Below are positions 8,658 through 17,519 of a stretch of 64,000 bases of DNA, one piece after another. A program made the position numbers and the translations under genes. The stretch lies in the IMG/VR virus record IMGVR_UViG_3300043220_000070, positions 11,577 through 75,576 of that record; one strand, given 5' to 3'. This DNA is from a virus (lineage: Duplodnaviria > Caudoviricetes). A model generated the notes under the pieces. It was not told the DNA's origin, searched no databases, and was given only the letters and a program-made list of their open reading frames with translations. How positions within the stretch are numbered: the first letter of the stretch is position 1; the number at the start of each line of letters is the position of its first letter.

Positions 8658-9025
8658 CTGGAACCACACCCAACCATAAGATTCCGTTCTGGTTGGAGTA
8701 CCCCCTCAATTTCCCCGGGCGCGTCACCGATGAGATACGCGTCCTCTGGGTATCCACTGTTCCCCTACTCGCAGACGTGTGGGGTGTCTCTAAAGCCGAG
8801 GCTCGGCGCCGTCTTCAACAGCAGCAGGTGCGGGAATGCGGGCTGTCTGGCCCCCCCGTCCAGCCGGGGGAGGTAATGGTGCAGCTCGGTTGTGCTTGGG
8901 TGATGCCCCACGGCAACAGCTTTCATACCATTGTATTCGTGGACATCCCAAGACCCTGGCACCGGCGCCTCACCGACTGGCTCCTAAGCCGGTGGGAGCA
9001 TTCCCCCTGGAGGAGGTACAGATGA
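8654..9025 (+). CDS. Hypothetical protein
   Basis: Track ORF with coupled start and stop. Confidence 0.6.
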   Translation: MTGTTPNHKIPFWLEYPLNFPGRVTDEIRVLWVSTVPLLADVWGVSKAEARRRLQQQQVRECGLSGPPVQPGEVMVQLGCAWVMPHGNSFHTIVFVDIPRPWHRRLTDWLLSRWEHSPWRRYR

Positions 9026-9975
9026 ACGTCCAAGCACTCATCAGCACAATAGAGAACGCCGGCTTCACGGTCGACCTGGTGGAGGGAGGCACGGAGTTGG
9101 TGATGGCCTGCCCCCTCTGCTTTTCGGAGGTGCGCAAACTCTACATCTCCACTGACCACGGGGCCTTCATCTGCTTCGTCTGCAACGAGCGGGGCTCTCT
9201 CCGGCGTCTCCTCATCAGCGTATGCGAGCTGAGCTTCAACGACGCCGCCGTGCTGGAGCGCTCCATCCTCGGGGGGAAGAAGCGAGCCGCCATCACCGTC
9301 CCCCGGCCGGCGCCGCCATCTACTGTGGAGCTACCTTCTGGCTTCCAATACGACCCCGGGAATGGTTTGGCCGCGGTCTACCTAGCATCTCGTGGACTAC
9401 TCCCAGCGTGGGTGAACGCTTTGGATATTGGCTACTGCCTCGTGGGGAGATATGCCTGCCGTGTCATCGTCCCCGTCTATACCCAGGGCGCCCTGCGCAC
9501 CTTTGTGGCCCGAACCTGGCGCCCGGAAGAGAAGAAGAAAGTATTGATGCCTGAGGGCAGCCAGGCCAGCCGCGCTCTATTCGGGTACGACGGACTCCTC
9601 ACCGACCGAGCCTACTGGAAGAACCTCATTTTGGTCGAGGGTATCTTCGATGCCCTCCGCATGTGGGAGTACGGCTACCGCGAGACGCTAGCCACCTTAG
9701 GCGCCCACACTACGGAGCTCCAAAGAAGCCTGGTGAAACACTTGAAGCCTGAGCGCGTTATAATCTTGATGGACGCGGACGACGCCGGCCGGGAGGCTGC
9801 TATCAAGGAGGCCCGGGAGTTCGTCTACGACATGCTCCCGGTCTCAATTGCTCAGCTCCCTGAGTGTACTGACCCGGCATCAGCATCACCCGCGGACATC
9901 CGACGGGCGCTTGACACAGCAAAGCCCGTTACGTTAGACTACGGAATCGAGAGTCAGAAGGAGATGCATCAATGA
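9022..9975 (+). CDS. dnaG: DnaG-type primase (Zn finger + TOPRIM)
   Basis: CPLC...CFVC; ILVEGIFDA; LMDADDAGREA; SD AGGAGG before ATG 9022. Confidence 0.9.
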   Translation: MNVQALISTIENAGFTVDLVEGGTELVMACPLCFSEVRKLYISTDHGAFICFVCNERGSLRRLLISVCELSFNDAAVLERSILGGKKRAAITVPRPAPPSTVELPSGFQYDPGNGLAAVYLASRGLLPAWVNALDIGYCLVGRYACRVIVPVYTQGALRTFVARTWRPEEKKKVLMPEGSQASRALFGYDGLLTDRAYWKNLILVEGIFDALRMWEYGYRETLATLGAHTTELQRSLVKHLKPERVIILMDADDAGREAAIKEAREFVYDMLPVSIAQLPECTDPASASPADIRRALDTAKPVTLDYGIESQKEMHQ

Positions 9976-10241
9976 CTACAATAACCGAGGCAGAGCAGTT
10001 CGCGCAGATGCTCCGCTCCCACGGAGCGCCGGAGGAGGTAGATTTCCTCCACCTTGGCCTTTATATCACAGCGTCGGAGCGGAAGATTACTCTTAGAGAG
10101 GCGGCCGAGGCTCGCTCAGCGGTAATAGTAGCCCTTAAAAACCTCGACTTGGGCTACGACGCTGGTGAGAGGGTGGGTGACTGGAAAGATATAGCAACAG
10201 AGGAGGTGCAACACAATGGTAAAACCCAAGAACGACCTTAG
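9972..10241 (+). CDS. Hypothetical protein
   Basis: Track ORF, ATGA overlap. Confidence 0.6.
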   Translation: MTTITEAEQFAQMLRSHGAPEEVDFLHLGLYITASERKITLREAAEARSAVIVALKNLDLGYDAGERVGDWKDIATEEVQHNGKTQERP

Positions 10242-11178
10242 TGGGTGGGCATCGGACATCGACACAGAGGCGACCCGTGCCCTCATCTCGGAGCTCCAGA
10301 CCTCTGGGATGCCCTGGGATAAGCTGGACTCCGACCCAAAGAAGTACGTCACGAACTACCGACGTATCTGTCCGAAGCGTCCCGAGTGGCCGAACCCCTA
10401 CCAAATCGTGCCTGTGCACTACCTAGGGCCGAACAACCGAATGGTGGTCTGCCCGAAGGAGGCAGGTATGGGGGAGTGCCCCGTCTGCCAACTGCGCTGG
10501 CAGCTCCAGGAAGGTGGAGACGAGCAGGGAGCCCGGAAACTCCGAGCCTCGATACGCACGTTCCTGAACGTCGTGCGTATTGACCAGGATGGGAACCTGG
10601 CGGAGGAGGGGGTCTTCCTTATGGGCCTCAACCAGCTCCAGTTCCTTGGCAAGCGCGACACCGCTTATGACCCAGATGAGGAGTCGGAGCTTCCTTTGTT
10701 CTACTTCTTCGAGAAGTACGGCGACCTGTCCCATGTCGAGACGGGTCGTGACCTGCTTATCAAGGCGAAGCAGGACAAGCAGGGTGAGTACGACGTGCTC
10801 GCCATGAAGTTCTCAGTGGCCGACCCCAGTCCCTTCCCCGGCACAGGCGAGCTTTTAGAGGAGGGGCTTACCGACCTGCCAACGGTAGCGGCCGTCGTCG
10901 AGCCAAGTGAGATGATTGGCATCCTTGAGGGCCGGGCTACTGGCGCCATGATGCTGCCCGCCGCCACACCAGGGGCCTCGGCCCAGATTGCAGCTCCGGC
11001 CGCGACTAAGAGCCGGTTCGGTGGCGCAGAGGAGGAGGGAGAGGAGGCAACACCCGAGGAGGAGACTGCCGAGGAGCCGGAAGAGACGCCGGAAAACCCT
11101 AGGGCATCCAAGGCTCCTCCGAAGACCGACCCTAAGGAGGCGCTCGAGAGGCTACGGGCGACTCAAGGGAAGAAGTAG
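10216..11178 (+). CDS. Single-stranded DNA-binding protein (gp32-like)
   Basis: VHY...VVCP...ECPVC Zn site, RTFLNVV strand, acidic C-terminal tail, position next to recombinase. Confidence 0.75.
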   Translation: MVKPKNDLSGWASDIDTEATRALISELQTSGMPWDKLDSDPKKYVTNYRRICPKRPEWPNPYQIVPVHYLGPNNRMVVCPKEAGMGECPVCQLRWQLQEGGDEQGARKLRASIRTFLNVVRIDQDGNLAEEGVFLMGLNQLQFLGKRDTAYDPDEESELPLFYFFEKYGDLSHVETGRDLLIKAKQDKQGEYDVLAMKFSVADPSPFPGTGELLEEGLTDLPTVAAVVEPSEMIGILEGRATGAMMLPAATPGASAQIAAPAATKSRFGGAEEEGEEATPEEETAEEPEETPENPRASKAPPKTDPKEALERLRATQGKK

Positions 11179-11184
11179 TTAGGG

Positions 11185-12219
11185 ATGGCTGACCCCCAGG
11201 CTGTCATCAAGCGCCTCCAAGAGGGAGATTCCGAGCTGACCGTACAGGTGGGGCGGGAGGGGGCCATCATCGCTGAGCCCACGGGCTATGTCTCCACCCG
11301 CTGTCCCACACTAGACTACCTTATCGGTCGGCCCGGTATCCCCCTGGGGGGTATCACCGTCCTAGTTGGGGCTTACGGTGCCGGCAAGAGTACCATCTGC
11401 CTCAACATCCTAGCGGAGTGCCAGGCACAAGGCGGTCAGGCAGTGGTGTTCGACACTGAAGGTAGGCTCAACTTTGACCGCGCACAGAAGCTGGGTATCG
11501 ACCTCGACACCCTCATCGTCGCTCAGCCCGATACCCTAGAGGAGATGTTTACAGGGGTAAAGGAGCTCATCGGTGCCGCGCGGGAGGTGCTGGAAGAGGA
11601 TGACCACATCGTCATCGTCGTCGATGGTGTCGCGGGCGCCCCGCTGGAGAAGGAGGCCAAGGGTGAGAACCTGTCATTGGGCGCCCAATCACTCCTTATA
11701 AGGCGAGAGCTTCGAGTCCTGACCAACCTAGTGAACCGGCAGCGCATCGGGCTGGTCATCACCACCCAGCCCCGGCAGAAAATCAGCCTTGGAAAATGGG
11801 GCAAGCCAGAAGACCATTGGTTGGGGAGAGACCCTCTGGGCCACGCCGCTATGACGGTCATCAAGTTGGACGTACAGAAGAAGTTCGGCGAAGACCTCAA
11901 TAGCCCTATTGGGCACGTCATCATGGCGACGCTGGTGGACACCCGCATTGCCGGCTGCACCACCCCGGGCTGTAAGGACTGCCGCCGCAAGGACTTCCGC
12001 CGCACCTTCGACTTCTACGATGCCACCGGCCCCGACTTCTTCAGCTCAGCACTTGAAGTGCTCATGGAGAAGAAGGTGGTTAGTTATAGTGGTGGTTGGT
12101 ACCGGTTTGGGGAAGGGAAGCCATTCCGACGCGATGCAGTAGAGGAGAAGCTGACCGAGGAGCCGGCGATGTTAGACGCACTCCGGGAAACCCTACAAGG
12201 AGGACACCATGGTAGCTGA
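11185..12219 (+). CDS. recA: RecA/UvsX-like recombinase
   Basis: STRCPTLDYLIG..GIPLGGIT, GAYGAGKST, DTEG, IVVDGVA, TQPR, GGWY. Confidence 0.85.
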   Translation: MADPQAVIKRLQEGDSELTVQVGREGAIIAEPTGYVSTRCPTLDYLIGRPGIPLGGITVLVGAYGAGKSTICLNILAECQAQGGQAVVFDTEGRLNFDRAQKLGIDLDTLIVAQPDTLEEMFTGVKELIGAAREVLEEDDHIVIVVDGVAGAPLEKEAKGENLSLGAQSLLIRRELRVLTNLVNRQRIGLVITTQPRQKISLGKWGKPEDHWLGRDPLGHAAMTVIKLDVQKKFGEDLNSPIGHVIMATLVDTRIAGCTTPGCKDCRRKDFRRTFDFYDATGPDFFSSALEVLMEKKVVSYSGGWYRFGEGKPFRRDAVEEKLTEEPAMLDALRETLQGGHHGS

Positions 12220-12439
12220 TACGACAATGGTAGTCCGGGGCTGTGCATTCTGTGACGGTACCCTACCAACTATCCGGCTCAGCACGACCCAGTTGGGAGG
12301 GGATAATGTGCGCATGTGTATTTGCCGGGCCTGTATCCTCGTGGCCCTGAAGGAAATTGAAAACCCCAGCGAGTACCCAGCCGTCATAGAAGCCCGTGAT
12401 TGCGACTTGAGTGTGATTAGCCAGGGGCAGGATTCGTGA
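12209..12439 (+). CDS. Small zinc-binding protein (ClpX-ZBD-like)
   Basis: CAFC...ICRAC. Confidence 0.55.
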   Translation: MVADTTMVVRGCAFCDGTLPTIRLSTTQLGGDNVRMCICRACILVALKEIENPSEYPAVIEARDCDLSVISQGQDS

Positions 12440-12681
12440 CCGGCCAAACACCTAGCTGTCAGTTCTTCCCCTCCTCCTCCTCGAGCTGCCTTCGCCGGCC
12501 GACGGTGTTCCTTCATAGCCTGGAGCGTGGCCTTTTGTGGCTATGCGTGGGCGTGCACCTGCGAGAGCAGGACGAGCGTGACGGGCAGATGCGCGAGGCT
12601 GAGATGGAGGTAATTCTCCAAGAGAAGATGCAGGAGTGGGCGCTCGAGTCTGCTCTTATAGCGTTCGGGTTACGACCATGA
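12436..12681 (+). CDS. Hypothetical protein
   Basis: Track ORF with coupled overlaps. Confidence 0.55.
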   Translation: MTGQTPSCQFFPSSSSSCLRRPTVFLHSLERGLLWLCVGVHLREQDERDGQMREAEMEVILQEKMQEWALESALIAFGLRP

Positions 12682-13661
12682 CCCAGACCTACTCACCAAT
12701 CACAAGCGTCAGGATTAAGAATTTCCAATCGTTGGAAGACTCTACTCTCTACCTCGGGCAACTGTCCGTTCTAGTCGGCCCCGGAGACGCAGGTAAGAGC
12801 GCTGTCCTCCGTGCCCTGCGCGCGGCCTTCCTCAACGACGCTTCCGATGACGACATCCGCCATGGGGCTAAGAAGATGGAGGTAGCACTCACCTTTGAAG
12901 ATGGGGTGGTCATTGAATGGTGGAAGCAGAAGGGACAGGGTGGGTGTTACCGGATGACGGACAGCGCCCCTGAGCGAGAGTTCACCAAGACGGGAGGCGC
13001 CGTACCAGATGAGGTCGCTGAGTACCTAGGTATCGGGCGCATTGAGGTGGACGCTACTACCGAGCTCACCCCTCAGCTCAGCGACCAGCACGACGTGCCG
13101 TTTATCCTCTGGGAGACGGGGAGTAAGCGTGCCCGCATACTTGGGAAGGCAACTCGTTTGGACATGGTGGTGTCGGCCCAGATGTTGTGCAAGAAGGAGC
13201 TAGACCAGACGAGGCGGGGGGCGGAGGAAGCCACTACTGCCCTCGCTGATGTTGAGGTGCGCCTCGAGGAGCTACCGGATTACCGGGCCATTGAGGGCGA
13301 GCTGGACGAGGCGGAGGCCAATCTTAAGACCATTGGCGACAACATCCTTCTAGCGGGCCGGGCTCGGGAGTTGGCTGACCAAATTGCGGAGGTGAACTCC
13401 CGAGCCACGGCCATAGACGTGCCGTCCCTGCTCAAACGGGTGGAGGTATCGTCCGACGCACTGGAGGTAGCGGCGCGTGGGCACTTCCTGGCCCAGCGCA
13501 TCCCCGAGGTTACGAGCCTAGTAGCCAACCTAGGCAAGCGCCACGCCGACCACCAGGAGGCCCTAGCGAGCTTCCAAACCCAGCTCACTGTAGTCTGCGA
13601 GGAGGCAGGGGTTTGTGAAACCTGTGGTGGGTTGCTTAGTCATAAGGAGTGTGGAGGATGA
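12678..13661 (+). CDS. sbcC: SbcC/Rad50-like ATPase, N-terminal half (Walker A, coiled coil, zinc hook)
   Basis: VRIKNFQS, VGPGDAGKSAVLRAL, Q-loop LSDQHD, ends CETCGG. Confidence 0.85.
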   Translation: MTQTYSPITSVRIKNFQSLEDSTLYLGQLSVLVGPGDAGKSAVLRALRAAFLNDASDDDIRHGAKKMEVALTFEDGVVIEWWKQKGQGGCYRMTDSAPEREFTKTGGAVPDEVAEYLGIGRIEVDATTELTPQLSDQHDVPFILWETGSKRARILGKATRLDMVVSAQMLCKKELDQTRRGAEEATTALADVEVRLEELPDYRAIEGELDEAEANLKTIGDNILLAGRARELADQIAEVNSRATAIDVPSLLKRVEVSSDALEVAARGHFLAQRIPEVTSLVANLGKRHADHQEALASFQTQLTVVCEEAGVCETCGGLLSHKECGG

Positions 13662-13816
13662 AAGTTTATATGCCGCACCACTGGTGGAGGTATACCCGAG
13701 AGCATACCAGCTACGGGTTCTCCCTCCACTTCCATTGCTTTGGGTTCTCGTTCGTGTTGGACTGGGGCAGACACACGGGTATGCTGGGCGTCTATGTTGA
13801 TTGGGGGCAGTCGTGA
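13658..13816 (+). CDS. Small aromatic-rich protein (52 aa)
   Basis: Manual translation MKVYMPHHWWRYTREHTSYGFSLHFHCFGFSFVLDWGRHTGMLGVYVDWGQS; SD GGAGG. Confidence 0.45.
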   Translation: MKVYMPHHWWRYTREHTSYGFSLHFHCFGFSFVLDWGRHTGMLGVYVDWGQS

Positions 13817-14325
13817 GGGCAGTAGCCGTGGGCGCCCAAAGAGCAGTTGCAGTTCCAACACAAAATGCGGATGCCCGGAGGGAACCCGGCCTTCCTCAAT
13901 TGGTAGTACAGCCCGCTCCCTCCCCGCCGCTCAGGGCTTCCTATCTTATCAGGGCGGCCGTTGATATGGTCGACCGTAAGAAATTCTGTACGCTGCTCCC
14001 CACAGCAGGTGCAGCTATGGCCATAAGCATCCAAGATTTCATTTTTCAACCGCCGATACGAGGTGCGCCCGCTGGGGCGCTGTCTCGCAATACAAGAAGG
14101 ACAGGTTACGGTGGTAGCGTTCTCGGGCAGAGGGTTCGCGCAAGAAATACACCGTCCTTCTTGTTTGTACCTTGCAACCCGCTTTCGGTGACGGGCCTTG
14201 AGTTTCTCGGCGCAGACACTGCACCACTTCCTCTCGGGAAGACAAGGGCGGCAGCCACAGTTACCACACAGCCCTTTATTCAACCAGCGCCGACGGAGTT
14301 CTTTTCGGTATTGCGGTGTACGCAT
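13792..14325 (-). CDS. HNH endonuclease, antisense to the early operon
   Basis: CTCCGEQRTEFLTVDHING...RILCWNCNCSLG; N-terminal CxxC repeats; leaderless start at 14325. Confidence 0.85.
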   Translation of the reverse strand: MRTPQYRKELRRRWLNKGLCGNCGCRPCLPERKWCSVCAEKLKARHRKRVARYKQEGRCISCANPLPENATTVTCPSCIARQRPSGRTSYRRLKNEILDAYGHSCTCCGEQRTEFLTVDHINGRPDKIGSPERRGGSGLYYQLRKAGFPPGIRILCWNCNCSLGAHGYCPHDCPQST

Positions 14326-14361
14326 ACTTGTAGTATAATGGACTGGGGCTACTAATGTCAA
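14311..14361. promoter_or_regulatory. Interlocked divergent sigma70-type promoters
   Basis: + strand TTGCGG(14311)-N17-TATAAT(14334); - strand TTGACA(14361-14356)-N18-TATACT(14337-14332). Confidence 0.7.
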
Positions 14362-15338
14362 GCAAAATCCTCATCTTCGGAGACCTACATCTAGCTGACC
14401 GTCCGCCGGGGGGGCGGGTAGATGACTACGCAACCACCGTGCTGGGCAAGCTACAGGAAATTGGTAGCCTCTGCGAACGCGAAGGAGCCGGACTCGCACT
14501 CTCCCTCGGGGACTGGTTTCACATCAAGCAACCTAACCGGGTGTCTCACCACTTGGTGCGAAAAACCATTGAGGTCTGTCAAGCCTTCCCTTGTGAAATC
14601 TGGGGGGTTTACGGTAACCACGACATTTCTCCTGATGGCACCTTCGACCGCCAGCCCTTAGGGGTGCTCCAGGAGGCGGGGGCTGTACAAGTACCCCGGG
14701 AAGCCGTTTTATTTGCTGAGTTCTGGCTCGTCCCTCGTCCTTACAATGCCTCGGCCGAGGGCGTACACGATGGGCAGACCGACCCCTCATACTACTCTCT
14801 GGCCGACGAGGAACGAGAGCTCATCGCCAAGAACCCAGCGCCGGTCATCGGCCTGGCCCACGGCTCCATCGTAGGCCCCGGTGACAGCCGGCCGTACCCC
14901 TGGGTCAACGTCGACCAGATACCGGGACTCGAGGATTACGACCTGTTTATCTCTGGCCATCTGCACGAGTGCCTTGGAGTGGTGCAGGTGGGGAAGACCA
15001 TCTTCGCCAACCCCGGGTCTATAGGTCGGACGCGGCGGGACATCGCCTCCTACGCCCGCACGGTGGAGGTGTTGGTGGTCAGCATTGACGAGAAGGGGTT
15101 GACGGTGGAGGAGGTGCCACTGCCGGGTGTGGCGCCGGCACTCGAGGTGTTTGGGAAGCGGGAGGCGGAGGATGCTCCCGACCTACCGGCGGACGAAATC
15201 ACTCAATTCGTTGACGTGCTGGGTGAGGGCTTGCGTGCAGACGAACTTTCGGTGCCCGAGCTGCTGGCGGAGCTCGGAGACATCGAGCCTGAAGTGAAGG
15301 CTGAGGTGGAACGTTTACTAGAGGAGGTATCAACATGA
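14355..15338 (+). CDS. sbcD: SbcD/Mre11-like metallophosphoesterase nuclease
   Basis: GDLHL, LGDWFH, GNHD, AHG, SGHLH, NPGS. Confidence 0.9.
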   Translation: MSSKILIFGDLHLADRPPGGRVDDYATTVLGKLQEIGSLCEREGAGLALSLGDWFHIKQPNRVSHHLVRKTIEVCQAFPCEIWGVYGNHDISPDGTFDRQPLGVLQEAGAVQVPREAVLFAEFWLVPRPYNASAEGVHDGQTDPSYYSLADEERELIAKNPAPVIGLAHGSIVGPGDSRPYPWVNVDQIPGLEDYDLFISGHLHECLGVVQVGKTIFANPGSIGRTRRDIASYARTVEVLVVSIDEKGLTVEEVPLPGVAPALEVFGKREAEDAPDLPADEITQFVDVLGEGLRADELSVPELLAELGDIEPEVKAEVERLLEEVST

Positions 15339-15562
15339 GAATCTACTTAGGCCCAGGAACTTATGACCCGCCCGCCCTTGAGGTGGTACCTTACAAGGAA
15401 CTCCCGGGAACATGTCCGACTTGTGGTAATGAAGGTACCCCCGCTCGTAACGGTCACGCTTACAAGGCGGGGAGAGACTTTGGAGACTGGGTTCGTTCCT
15501 ACATTACGGGGCGCTTTGCCGACGGCTTACGGGACGAGTTAAACGACCCACGAGGGGAGTAA
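15335..15562 (+). CDS. Hypothetical protein (CxxC)
   Basis: Track ORF, SD, ATGA overlap. Confidence 0.55.
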   Translation: MRIYLGPGTYDPPALEVVPYKELPGTCPTCGNEGTPARNGHAYKAGRDFGDWVRSYITGRFADGLRDELNDPRGE

Positions 15563-15565
15563 GTC

Positions 15566-15748
15566 ATGAATATACTATGTCGACTACTTGGCCATGTACC
15601 CTCACTTGATTTGCTCGTGGAGCACCGGGGGGAACCACTCCCGATACGGGTGGGCCAACCCTGTCGTCGATGTCTCACCCTTTTTGAGAGTCTAGTCTAT
15701 GCCGGAAACGGGGTTGCCGGCCTCATACCAAAGAAGGAAGCATCATGA
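15566..15748 (+). CDS. Hypothetical protein
   Basis: MNILCRLLGH...CRRC. Confidence 0.55.
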   Translation: MNILCRLLGHVPSLDLLVEHRGEPLPIRVGQPCRRCLTLFESLVYAGNGVAGLIPKKEAS

Positions 15749-15999
15749 CCGTCACACCCACCATCGAACAGTTGCGGAAAGACATAGAGTCCGCGCGTAC
15801 TGACCTCACTCGCCTTGAAGGTCAGCAGGAGAGTGCCCAAGAGGAGCTCGTTAAGTTAGAGGAGGAGGCGCAGAACCTGGGCATCGACCCGGCGCACCTC
15901 ACTAGTGAGGCCGTCCGCATCATGGATGACGTGGCGGAAGCACTGGTCGGTATTCGGGAGGAGATGCAGGTGTTGGTGAAGGAGACAGAGCATGAGTGA
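15745..15999 (+). CDS. Coiled-coil protein, possible third SbcC segment
   Basis: All-heptad acidic sequence close upstream of the SbcC C-half. Confidence 0.6.
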   Translation: MTVTPTIEQLRKDIESARTDLTRLEGQQESAQEELVKLEEEAQNLGIDPAHLTSEAVRIMDDVAEALVGIREEMQVLVKETEHE

Positions 16000-16189
16000 C
16001 ATGCACCCCCTACTTCTTATGCAGCGCTTTGAAGACTGGGCACTAGACAAGGTAGGGGGTAAGCGAGGTGCCTTGATTTTCGCTATTGGATTCTTTCCGA
16101 TAGTCTTGGTGAGCTTACTTACCTGCCTCATCCCAAGCTACGTAGTGTTAATCCGAGAGGAAGGGCGTAAAAGGAGGAGGCATGGATGA
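15992..16189 (+). CDS. Small membrane protein
   Basis: Hydrophobic ALIFAIGFFPIVLVSLLTCLIPSYVVLI. Confidence 0.55.
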   Translation: MSDMHPLLLMQRFEDWALDKVGGKRGALIFAIGFFPIVLVSLLTCLIPSYVVLIREEGRKRRRHG

Positions 16190-16829
16190 ACTAACCCAGC
16201 TCCGGTCTGACCTGAGCCGCGTCCGCCAACGGTGCAGCGAATGGCGGGGACAGGCAACGATGCTGGAGGCCCAGCAGCAGACCCATGAGGTACAGAGGAA
16301 GGAGCTACTGACCCGGTTCGACGTGCTGGAGAAGGCCCAGAGGGTGCTTCAATTGTTAGAGGATACATGGCGCGGCCGCTACGAACAGGCATTGGCAGCT
16401 CTGGGTAGCCAGGGTCTGAGTGCTGTGTTCGACAAGAAGATGGAGGTCATCTTGGAATCGACTATCAAGAGAGGCGCCGCCAGCATGGACATCGCCCTAA
16501 TCACTGATGGTCTACGAACCCGAATCAAGGGTGCAAAGGGCGGTTCGGTAGCCCAGGTGCTGGCAGTGCTGCTACGGCTGCTGTTGGCGCTCTCCGGCCG
16601 GCCAGCGATGCGTCCGTTGCTGACCTTAGATGAGCCTTTTTCGATGGTGAGTGCAGAGTACCGCCCGGCTTTGTGTGCTATGTTGCAGGAGACCACCCGG
16701 CGCCTCAACTTCCAAATGTTATTTACCGCGCATGAGGGGGAACTCCTGGACGCCGCGGATGTGGCGTACATGGTGCACCCAGGCGGGCGGGTGGAACAAC
16801 TCAAGAGTTCAAGGGAAGACAGAGCATGA
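16182..16829 (+). CDS. sbcC: SbcC/Rad50-like ATPase, C-terminal half (signature, Walker B, H-loop)
   Basis: Coiled coil then GAKGGSVAQ (degenerate signature), LLTLDEPF, FTAHE. Confidence 0.85.
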   Translation: MDELTQLRSDLSRVRQRCSEWRGQATMLEAQQQTHEVQRKELLTRFDVLEKAQRVLQLLEDTWRGRYEQALAALGSQGLSAVFDKKMEVILESTIKRGAASMDIALITDGLRTRIKGAKGGSVAQVLAVLLRLLLALSGRPAMRPLLTLDEPFSMVSAEYRPALCAMLQETTRRLNFQMLFTAHEGELLDAADVAYMVHPGGRVEQLKSSREDRA

Positions 16830-17146
16830 GTAAACGCAGCACAGTCGCCCAGAGCAAAGAGGCCGAGAGGGAGGTGGCGCGCATCCTTGGAGGGCGGCGC
16901 CTTCACGCCGGTGAGTGGCATGGGAAAGGGGACGTTGACGTTCTTGGTGAGTCCTTTGCGGCCCAGGTCAAGCACCGGTCGGGAGTACCTGACTACCTCC
17001 TTGAGGGAATGCGCCAGATTCAAGAAGCCACTGCCGACACGTACCTTACCCCCCTCCTCGTGATTCGCACGAAGCCTGGGCGGGGGCGTGAGGCCCAGAC
17101 GTTTATAGTAATGGAAGCAGAAACCTGGAGGAGAACCCATGTCTAA
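16826..17146 (+). CDS. Hjc-like PD-(D/E)XK Holliday junction resolvase
   Basis: KEAEREVARIL...GDVDV...AQVK. Confidence 0.65.
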   Translation: MSKRSTVAQSKEAEREVARILGGRRLHAGEWHGKGDVDVLGESFAAQVKHRSGVPDYLLEGMRQIQEATADTYLTPLLVIRTKPGRGREAQTFIVMEAETWRRTHV

Positions 17147-17519
17147 CCAAGATACCCTCAACGTGCCATTCTCACCCCATCTAGCCAGTATCAACCCGCT
17201 TCGGGACTATCTACACGAAGCAACCACGAGCGTTATATGGCACTTCCACGCTCTCAAGAACGGGCGTATCATCCTGGTCAATCCACTGAGGAAGACACGC
17301 CTCTGCCAAGAAGAGGGGCGCTGTGTCCTCATTTCAGTCAATGATATGCAGGTGCTGAGGGACTACCACCACCTGGGGTGCTCAGACCCCCAGTGCTGCC
17401 CACGCCAGATTTTTGGAGTGGGTAAAGACGGGGCGACCGATATAGCACCGGGCCTAAGGGGGTTGAACACCCTAGCGGAGGAACATGACCTCGACGTTGC
17501 CCCCGAATCAAAAGTGTAG
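17139..17519 (+). CDS. Hypothetical protein
   Basis: Track ORF, SD GGAGGAG. Confidence 0.6.
   Translation: MSNQDTLNVPFSPHLASINPLRDYLHEATTSVIWHFHALKNGRIILVNPLRKTRLCQEEGRCVLISVNDMQVLRDYHHLGCSDPQCCPRQIFGVGKDGATDIAPGLRGLNTLAEEHDLDVAPESKV

Noticed and set aside
16826-17146. Resolvase with QxK instead of ExK as an inactive enzyme
   Set aside because: Q-for-E variants occur in active PD-(D/E)XK nucleases, so this is insufficient to call inactivity
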